From: Octopus vulgaris
Lineage: Eukaryota
Direction: 5' to 3'
DNA length: 64,000 bases
NCBI GenBank assembly: GCA_951406725.2
Contig: OX597829.1
Span: forward strand, 10,974,001-11,038,000
Below are positions 54,051-64,000 of this stretch, piece after piece (the first letter of the stretch is position 1; each line of letters opens with the position of its first letter). Below the pieces are notes generated by a model. The model ran no database searches and had not been told where the DNA came from. It saw nothing but the letters and a program-made list of their open reading frames with translations. Both the position numbers and the translations under genes were made by a program.

Positions 54051-54346
54051 GAAGGTTTGGAGATGATGTACAGGTATTTTATATTAGAAGAAATGAGGTA
54101 CTCAGAAAATCGGATGGTTTTATATTTACAAATTTTTATTTGTATATTACATGTTTTTATACATCACATAACTTAGATCATGTATTAGCGTTTTCTCCCA
54201 TTTTAGAGGGGTTTTCAAATCAAACTAAGTTCCTGTGTGAAAAGTTTTGACCATTTTATAGTGGTATTGAGTTTGTATTGGTGGGGAGGAATATAATACA
54301 GTACAAGAGGGTGATGTATGAGGAGAAAGTGAGAGAGAGAGCATGT

Positions 54347-54390
<44 letters not shown>

Positions 54391-55965
54391 GTGTGTGCTT
54401 TTGTATTTTGAATGAATGCTAAAGAAAAGGAAGGGAAGGGGGAGGGAAGAAGAAGAAAATAATTTTTGCTGGACAGCATGCTTACTCCAAGGGGGGTCTA
54501 AGATCGTGGGGAAAAAGAATTTCAGTTTTGACCATTTCATATTATTATTGAGTGTGTGATGGCGGGGAGGTAGACCATAAATTATACTTCCTTTTTATCA
54601 TTGCGAGAGAGAGTGTGTGTGTGTGTGTGTTTAATGAGGGATGGCCAAACGGTTTTGAGGGTTTACAGAAGACGAATTCTTTTTAATATTGTTTTGTGGA
54701 GGTGTGTGTGTGTGGGGGGGGGTGTCTGTGAGTTTGGAGAAGGGAAGAAAGGAGAAGAGGAAAAAAGGAAGGAGAAATAATTGTATTGATATTTATACCA
54801 CTATATATATATATATATATACTAAATGCTCCACTATATTAATGTATGATGAGTAAAATTTCATAAAGTCCATACTTGAAAAAGAGACTTTCATGTGCTG
54901 AATTTTCAAATGACAGAATACAAACTGACAACTACTGAGTCCGTTGTCTGATCTTCAATTGATTTAGTCTAATATCTCACTGATTAAATAAATATTAAGT
55001 TTTATCATACAGGAGCAACTGGTTCCACAAATTAAAGTGAAATGGTTTCATTCAAATATTAGGATATCCTTTGTTCAATGTTGTATTTTCAAAAATCAAA
55101 ACATATGTGTAGAACCGTGTGTGTTTGTGTGTGTGTGTGTGTGTGTTTAATACAGTTTACTTAGTAAATTTGGTCCTTCATCTGGTACAGTTTATTATAG
55201 AGATATTTTCAGCCATTCAGTTTGGGGGAGAACTTAGTTATGAAATATTTTTCCATATTCCTCCTGAAGGTGTCGTTCTTTGGACATTTGTAGAAGGGAA
55301 ATATCTAAAATTATCCTTCTCCACATGTATCTAGGTGTGTACTCAGTGGTATCTTGCGCAGTTCTTCCTGTCGGATATGTTGGCGGTGAATCCTGGTTCG
55401 TTGGCACAAAGAATTTCCAGTCTCACCTATGTAATCCTCCTTGTACATGGAGCAGGTTATGCAGTATATTACGTTCTGCGTCTTGCAGTTCATATCTGCA
55501 TTTACTTTAAATATGTGACCACTTTTAAATTTCCTTTCTTTGTCTCCCCCTATGTACTTGTAGGTGAGTTTGCTGCAGATCTCACACCTACCATCTCCGC
55601 AATCTTTTACAAAGAATTCAGTTTTAGTTTCTGATGAGAATTTCGTTCTTGTCAGTTGTTTCTTCAGGTTTTTGTCTTGTCGTCTACTGTTTTTTATGCA
55701 ATATTTGTTTAGTAAGTTGTCCATTTTGGGGCTTTGTAAGGCTATTAGCAGGTTTGAATGTATGATTTGGAACATGTTGGTAACTCCAAGATTGTGCGTG
55801 TATATGAAAGGAATAATGTTTTCTTTGTTTTTTGTTTTGGGGGTCCTGAGTTATGCGATGTCTAGTTTCATTGCTCTTGTGATTCCATTTTGTCTTAGTT
55901 TAAGGGGGTATTTTTGCTCTAGTAGGAAGTTTTTAAGTTTTTAAGTTCATCTATTCTTATTAGTC
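54047..55965 (-). mobile_element. 5'-truncated Penelope-like element (Neptune-like zinc finger + GIY-YIG) with long 3' UTR
   Basis: CGDGRCEIC..CKTQNVIYCITC..YIGETGNSL..RTRIH..FPFYKC..EKYFITKFSPKLN; upstream YP..GI..A motif. Confidence 0.8.
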
Positions 55966-55970
55966 GTGTT

Positions 55971-56002
<32 letters not shown>

Positions 56003-56007
<5 letters not shown>

Positions 56008-56310
56008 ATCACACGTGACCGACCAGTCCATCAGATGTAGCTACACATCGCTGGTCACAATGCGTTCGTATTGTTTTAGCCCTCGAATGACGCCACCCCG
56101 CTGGCTAAGCGAGCAGGCCAACAGACGGAAGAGTGAGAGAAAGAGTGGTGAAAGAGTACAGCAGGGATCACCCCCCCCCCCCCTGCTGGAGCGTCGTGGA
56201 GCTTTTTAGGTGTTTTCGCTCAATAAACACACACAACGCCCGGTCTGGGAATCGAAACCGCAATCCTACGACCACGAGTCCGCTGCCCTAAACACTGGGC
56301 CGTTGCGCCT

Positions 56311-56313
<3 letters not shown>
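56003..56313 (-). mobile_element. tRNA-derived SINE (third family)
   Basis: GGAGGCGCAACGGCCCAGTGTTTAGGGC...GGTTTCGATTCCC A/B-box head on the minus strand. Confidence 0.82.
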
Positions 56314-56379
<66 letters not shown>

Positions 56380-56381
56380 TA

Positions 56382-56416
<35 letters not shown>

Positions 56417-56511
56417 GTATATTTGTGAGCACATGTGTTTGTGTTTCCTTTTCTTTCATCCTCTCTTCGTGCCTGTCTTTCTCAATCAATTTGTCTCTCT
56501 TCTCCTTCTTC

Positions 56512-56634
56512 GTCTTCTTCTTCTTCTTCTTCTTCTTCTTCTTCTTCTTCTTCTTCTTCTTCTTCTTCTTCTTCTTCTTCTTCTTCTTCTTCTTCTTCTT
56601 CTTCTTCTTCTTCTTCTTCTTCTTCTTCTTCTTC
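56512..56634. repeat. (TTC)n microsatellite
   Basis: Directly visible. Confidence 0.98.
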
Positions 56635-57473
56635 TTTTTCTCTACACATCTCTGTCTCCCGCACACATACACTCTTCACCGATCCATCAATAAAAGTAAA
56701 GGGAGTATTGGAAAAACCTTGCCAGAAGAAGTTTATTTTGTGATTAGCGATTTTAACAAAAAAATAACATAAATGAAAAAATTACCAGGCTGGAATAAAA
56801 CTCAGATACCAATTTGGAAAATGGAGAGGCGATAATGGATCCAAACCTCATTTATGTGTTAAGGTGTCCAACATATGTTTTTCATTCATCTGTACGCTAT
56901 TTATTTTTCATTCTATTGAGCAAAAATAATGTTAGTCTTCAGTAACCCAATTATACTACACCTCCTGGCATCTGTTATAAACTGACATTGCTTCATATCT
57001 ATCAAATATCTCTAGTGAGGAATATTCTGTGACATCCGTAGAAATAATCTCATTTAAAATGTTCACAGTTGATTCCAAAATGAACGTCAAACATTTCAAG
57101 ACAATGTATTTATTTTAATTCTAGATCTCCACTTATGGACTGTATATTGGCAGAATAATTAGCAAGACGAGGTAAAAAAAATCTTTTTGTTCCGGCTATT
57201 GGCCTTTTTAAGGTCAAATCCATCCGAAATTAACTTTGTCTTTCATCTTCCTAAGTCAATAATATATAACGGCAAACAAATAGCAGAATAGGTATAATCG
57301 ACAGTTACCCCACACAAACATGCACGTGGATTTATAAACTAATATCTGTGCAAGATATTACACTGTGTAACGCGATTTCTTTTCTTGAGTAGCAACTGTT
57401 ATTTCCTATTCGCTTATCCCTAGAAAGTATGAAAAATAGCTAATATTTTCTTCAAACTTTGTTTTTGTTACAT

Positions 57474-57646
57474 TTATTCAAACCCACCAAAGAATCCTTC
57501 TCAACACTGGATATGGTGCTCCCCTACTACACCTCCTCATGATCAGAGATGTACATATTGTCAGCTGCTAAGGGACATGCTCAAATAGTTACGGTCAAGT
57601 AAGTGACAGGCGAATCTGTGGTATTGAGCAGAATATTTGCTATAAC
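57474..57646 (-). repeat. Diverged ~170-bp module shared with the 555-bp element
   Basis: Homologous to 12033-12200, with unrelated flanks. Confidence 0.8.
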
Positions 57647-58647
57647 GATATTTCAAGACTTTACACATGTTGAAAGGTAAGGTAATGCTTAAAACTACCC
57701 AAGAAAGGTTAAGGCTCCAAATCGAAACAGGTTGGCAATACCGAAATTTCAGTTAATTTCAATTAATTCCCCTCTCACTCCATAATTATATGGAGTGAGA
57801 GGGAAATTAATTTGATCGTTATTAGACACAATGGTAATGTACAACATGTTTCTCTACAGTGAGAACTCGTCAGAGAAGCATAGAATTAACAGTAAGCGTC
57901 AAGTCTTTAGTTGAGAATTATGTATCTATTATTTATTATATGCTTGAACCGAAAAAATCATACGTAGGTATGACCATATATTATTGTTTGACAAAGGTCA
58001 AGGTAAACAGATTAACCGAGGATCAACAACAGTGATAGAGAAGCATTTTTGTCATTTTAGAATGTATTATTGGCGTAAGCGAAGTGAAATGTCTAGCGTT
58101 GGACAAAGTATCTTGCGATATTTATTCAGAATTCTTGCGTTCTGAGTTCAGTTTTCCCCGAAGTCAACTTTGCCATTCATCCTTCGGGTATCGATAAATA
58201 AAGTATCAACCCAGAGAAGTGAACTGGTGTAATCGTTAGAGCCTCGGACAGGATCTTTCATACTTATTTGTTCCGAGGTTTAAGTCTGAGTTCAAATCCC
58301 ACCGTAGCCAGTTCGAATTGTAAATTTGATCCATCGCTTGATTCAACACCACTACATGGCCCTTGGTTGCCACTGGCAGAGTACACGCTGTTACGAACAT
58401 TTAGGGTAGGTCCCCAGTTTCAAGACATTTTCTTCATATCATCACCGCCTCGGAGTATTTGAAAAGGGTCCTGAACACTACTTTCCTGACTAAGTCAAAT
58501 TCAACTGGATAATAGACACTGGACACCTCCAATGTTTCCCAAAGAAGTATTACACTATAGCGAAAGGTGATACTGCGACGATAGAGGGCTCCCATTCATC
58601 TGATCAATGAAACAGCTTACTCCTGAAATCAATATAGTCCTCAGGGA

Positions 58648-58940
58648 AGCAGCGAGCAGGCAGAAATGTTAGCACGCCGGGCGATGAAATCGACTTTGTC
58701 TGTCCTTGTTTGTTCTCTTTATGTTTAGCCCCCTGTGGCAATAAAGAAATAAGAAACGTTAGCACGCCAGGTGAAATGCTTAGAGGTATTTCGTTCTGAG
58801 TACAAATTCCGCCGAGGTCGACTTTGCCTTTTATATTTTCGGGGTCGATAAATTAAGTACCAGTTGCGTACTGGGGTCGATCTAATCGACTAGCTCCCTC
58901 CCCCAAAATTTCGGGCCTTTTACCTTGAGTAGAAAATAAT
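58648..58940 (+). mobile_element. Tandem fragments of the OR-like SINE (both tail types)
   Basis: Homologous to 463-879 and 914-1119. Confidence 0.78.
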
Positions 58941-58945
58941 GCAGT

Positions 58946-59133
58946 TCTCGAGGAGATTCCGCATGACACAGGACGAGGCAAGGCTGGCACTTTGAATTAT
59001 AGGTACTATTAATTTTTGCCAGTTCAGTGAACTGGAGCAACGTAAAATAAAGTGTCTTTTTACAACGCGCTGCCGGAAATCGAACTCGCGACCTTACGAT
59101 CGTGAGCCGAATACACTAACGATTAAACCACAC
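58946..59133 (-). mobile_element. tRNA-derived SINE fragment
   Basis: Minus-strand GTGGTTTAATCGTTAG...GAGTTCGATTTCC head. Confidence 0.7.
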
Positions 59134-59149
59134 ATTAACATAATTAGAC

Positions 59150-60822
59150 GTGTTCAAATTATCTCTAGGCTCTACCAACTCCGCGACACTCCTCCCCAAA
59201 TCCTTTAAGCCTTTCCAACAAGGGAAACCTTATGACCTCCACAGCCATCTGCGGAGACCATTCGGAATCCCGTGTGAAGGGCATATCTACTGTCTCTTTA
59301 TGTTCTTCTACTATTTTTGCACCTCCTCGCCCTTATAGAAAAAGATAATTGATTGATCATCTTGAAGGGTGGGGGTGGTTTCTTCCACCGTGGGTGGCAC
59401 AACTCCGGGACATGCATACGGCACATCCTCTCCCCGTTGATATGACCCGTTCTTCTTCCTTCTTTTTTTTTCTTTTCTTCCTGACTTCGGGAGAGTGGAG
59501 CTCTTCCGCTTTGTCCGGAGACTCTCCTCCGCCGCCCGAAGCCTTAGGTTCCTTCGGTGGGCAACTGTTGTTGCCTGCCTTCTTCATTTTTAATCCTTTT
59601 TGAGTTGAGGAGGCTTCAGCCTCCTCGTTCTCATCCACCTCTCCCTTTGACCGGGTAGTGAAGGTGGCATCTAGTGACTGTTCCAGGACCTTACCATGGT
59701 CCTGGGGGCAGTTCCTTTTAATGTGGCCTGGCTGCAGGCACGAGTGACACTTCGGGGACGTCCCTCAGGTATCACCGGATACCTGCAGCCAGCCATTTTC
59801 AAGAAATCTGGAAAAACCAGATCTGTTGCGCCGATGGGGTCCACAGGGTCAAAATCGCTTTTGGCCCTTCCCAATCGACCGCCGGCAATACCCTTACATT
59901 TAAGAGCCTGGGCCCGCCATCCCCCAGTCCCCGTCGGATGGTATCTTCAATCCAATCCGCTTCGGTGCCTGGAGGTGACCCACATACTCAGGCTCGTATT
60001 AATTTTCTCCCACAATATAACGGAGGGGAAAAGAATTTCCTTGCCTTCTAAAGGCTGACTCGCAAACTGGCGAGACTTTACCCCGTTGTCAAACAGCAAC
60101 CATACGGTTGCATGTTTGACACCACGGGATATATATTTTAAAGAGGACAAATATTCTTTAAGTTCATTTTTTATGACTTGTTTTGGGAAGACGGTGATTG
60201 AATTAAGAACTTTAGAAAAAGTTCTAAGTACCATCGTCTTCTCCTCCATATCTTTTAACCACTGCTTAGGCGGGTTAATTTCCCACTCTAAGACAATTTT
60301 TTTCTTTTTAAGTTCCTTCTCTGCCATGTCAAAAAACAGTTCAAAAGTAGTCCAAAAGAAAGTCTGCCAAAAAATTAAACCGAATAAAAGATAAAACAAA
60401 ATAAAAGAGGAGGGGAGGAAACTGAAATTAAAGTAATGAAAAGAATGGGGCAAAATTTAGAAAGAAAGAAAAAATAGAAGGGAAAAGTAAAAGAAAGACC
60501 TCACAAAAGCACAGACAGGGAATCCTTTGTATAATACTCCAAAAAGGTAATCCAAATGGCATTTCTTGAAGTACTCCAGTTCGGAAAAATTGTACGTTTT
60601 CTGGCGAGATACGCCCACTAGAATTTACAAAAAGAATTTTCAAGAAAAAAATTCTCAATTCACCGTTACGGTGATGAGAACCCAGTATTTTGCTTGCTAT
60701 AGCGAGCCATGACTGACAATTTTTCTTTTTGTTCTTTCTCCCATTCACGGAGCCCAAAAAACTCACATCTGTTACTGTAACAGTCTATACCAACTAGTGT
60801 TGCATTCTGGGTAACCGGAAGT
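59150..60822 (-). mobile_element. Divergent Tx1-like LINE 5' part (long 5' UTR + decayed ORF1, no ORF2 visible)
   Basis: MEEKTMVLRTF..YISRGVKHATVWLLF..; across a frameshift PEGRP-PKCHSCLQPGHIKRNCP (CX2CX4HX4C), parallel to AEGKKPRCYNCGSAEHLIAKC at ~6390. Confidence 0.7.
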
Positions 60823-61174
60823 AAGCAAGCTACTTACCAAACAGCCACTTCTGCGCCTTCGAACATCAAGAGAACATCATGAGAAAAGTATTTTAATTTA
60901 AACTTTCTGACAACTTGTTTTAATGTAAAACCATTAATTTTTATTTTTTCTGACTAGATCTAAGCGAAGGGCCTGCGTCCATAACTTTCGCAGACTTCCG
61001 TAGACTGGTAAAATTAATTCTATTCATGTTCCTTTTTAATTAAACTACTGAACAGCAGAATAGAAAATAGTTCCCCACAATCTATAACTCCTGTTCTCGA
61101 ATAAAGTAAACCTTATTAATTTAATATAAAGAATGTTCAGCTGTCATGATACATATGCTTTATATTGTCAGTCT

Positions 61175-61330
61175 TTAGGTTCTGAGTTCAAACTCCGCCG
61201 AGGCTGAATTTGCCTTTCATCCTTTCGTAATCGATAAATAAAGTACCAGCTGACAACTTGGGTTCATGTAATCGATTAATCCCCTGCCGTCTAATTTCAG
61301 GACTTGTGCCTATAGTAGAAAGGATATTAT
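61175..61330 (+). mobile_element. OR-like SINE fragment
   Basis: GTTCTGAGTTCAAACTCCGCCGAGG...AAGTACCAG. Confidence 0.75.
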
Positions 61331-61340
61331 ATCATACTCT

Positions 61341-61542
61341 TTTACTCTTTTACATGTTTCAGTCATTTGACTGTGGCCATGCTGGAGCACCGCCTTCAGT
61401 CGAGCAAATCGACCCTAGGACTTATTCTTTGTAAGCCTAGTACTTATTCTATCGGTATCTTTTGCCGAACCGCTAAGTTACGGGGACCCTAAACACACCA
61501 GCAATGTTGGGAGGACAAGCACAGACACACAAACATACACAC

Positions 61543-61604
<62 letters not shown>

Positions 61605-61775
61605 CATATATACGACGGGCTTCTTTCAGTTTCTGTCTACCAAATCCACCCAAAAGGCTTTGGTCGGCCCGAGGCTATAGTAGAAGACACTTGCCCAAGG
61701 TGCCATACAGTGGAACTGAACCCGGAACCATGTGGTTGGTAAGCAAGCTACTTACCACACAGCTACTCTTACGCC
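61341..61775 (-). mobile_element. OK-like SINE
   Basis: Near-identical organisation to 1843-2245. Confidence 0.87.
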
Positions 61776-62463
61776 TATATTGTATTATAGTAGCTAATAC
61801 AACGCTCTCTATTCTCCATATTAACCAACAATAATGGTGTATCTTTAGTAGAGGTTACGTCACAAAAGTTTTTATAGACGGCGAATAGGTTGGGTCATTA
61901 TTGTGTCGAACACAACTACGCCCCAGTATTTATTCAAACTCATTACGTTCTGAGTTCAAATCTCAAACTAAATTTTACTTTGTTTTATTCCTAGATCAAT
62001 AAAATACCAATTTGGAGTGATTGATTAGCAGAATCGATAGCACGTTGAATGAGATAAGTTGAGGTGTTTCTCCGGTTCTATGCATTTATTTCCTGAATGG
62101 TAAACTTAAAATCGTCACCCAATTTCACACCGACATAAGGATTTTGGTGCCTTTAGTGAAATTTATTCCGTTGCAAATAATTTTGACTGGTTTCTGGTAG
62201 AGCGTAAATTACTCCCTTGATCCTACCACTCGGATAGGCCTTAATTTATCCTTCTTTACTTGATTCACTCGCTGGACTGCAACCATGCTGGAGCACCGCC
62301 TCACCACCTTGAAGGGTTTAGTTGAACGAATCGAACCCAGTACTTATTTTTAAGTTTGGTACTTATTATATCAGTTTCTTTTTGCCGAATCGCTAAATTA
62401 TGGTGACGTAAAGAAACCAATACCGGTCGTCAAACGGTGGTGGGGGCAAACACAAAAACACTC

Positions 62464-62546
<83 letters not shown>

Positions 62547-62547
<1 letters not shown>

Positions 62548-62951
62548 GTTTCTTTATTGGCCACACAGGGCTGCACACAGATGGGACAAATTACAAGGTA
62601 GAGCTTTTCTTTTGGGGGATGAAAAAAACAAAAAAAACAAAGGAAACAAAAAAAAGTGGCGTAGGTTTTCGATCAAAAGGGATCGTGAAAGGGGGAAAAA
62701 GAAAGAAAGGAGAAAAAAAGAAACAAAAGGAAAGAAAAAGCAAAAAAGAAGAAAAAAGAGGAAAAGGGGAAGAGAAAAAAAACGATCAATAGGGATCGTG
62801 TATCACAGTGTCATGATGTACGGTGTAAAGGGGGAAGCAGATGAGGTTTATCCGTGGGAAGAAAAGCCTACGAAAATGATCACGGTAACCTCGGTCAATA
62901 TTGTTATATGTCACCACATTTGTTTGCAAGTGGGTAACCCTCTGTTTTCAA
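62547..62951 (-). mobile_element. Tx1-like LINE 3' UTR fragment in (GATA)n
   Basis: Homologous to 63046-63405; 3' end resembles 11020-11067. Confidence 0.85.
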
Positions 62952-62959
62952 TAGATGGC

Positions 62960-63041
<82 letters not shown>

Positions 63042-63045
63042 GATA

Positions 63046-63698
<653 letters not shown>

Positions 63699-64000
63699 GT
63701 ATTCTATGGACCTCTTTCAGTTACCGTCCACCTAATCCGCTCACAAGTCTTTAGTCATCCAGGAGAAGACCGCTACCCAAGGCGTTAGGTCGTGGGTCTG
63801 AACCCGGAACTATGATGTTAGGAAGCAAACTTCTTGTCACACAGCAACGCCTGAAAGATATAAGGTTTCCGACCAAAATGAGAAAATAAGTTCATTACAC
63901 ATTACACATGACAACGACGTCGTATGTATCGTCTTAGTGTCGCTAACGTTAAGACATCAGTTACGAAGGTTTTACTGTTGCAACAAGTCGAAATTGCTTA

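Noticed and set aside
54185-54225. Hammerhead in the pLTR of the 54047-55965 element
   Set aside because: Core too degenerate (no CTGANGA) to call.
56240-56313. tRNA gene candidate
   Set aside because: The tRNA-like head continues into a SINE body and lacks a proper acceptor stem and terminator.

Overview
AT-rich, microsatellite-dense eukaryotic DNA with no host gene I can support. The tRNA-derived SINE families resemble those of octopus, so the source is probably a cephalopod (inference). Almost all interpretable sequence is transposon-derived and sorted by microsatellite type. (i) Tx1/L1-group LINEs sit in (TATC)n: one near full-length copy at 5209-11067, two 3' fragments, and two ORF1-only fragments elsewhere. 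(ii) At least three families of R4/Dong-type RT+RLE retrotransposons, plus an unrecognised ~555-bp non-coding element, sit in (TAA)n and are always oriented with the TAA strand. (iii) Several Penelope-like elements (RT + GIY-YIG) sit in (TA)n, with inverted or fold-back pseudo-LTRs carrying type I hammerhead ribozyme motifs, including a G3-C8 core-swapped variant. Also present are CR1-type fragments, two DD37D (maT-type) mariner relics, a Helentron/HINE-like element and many SINEs; one SINE family shares its 3' tail with the Tx1 LINE. All coding regions are disrupted. Most ORF-track entries are microsatellite read-throughs.
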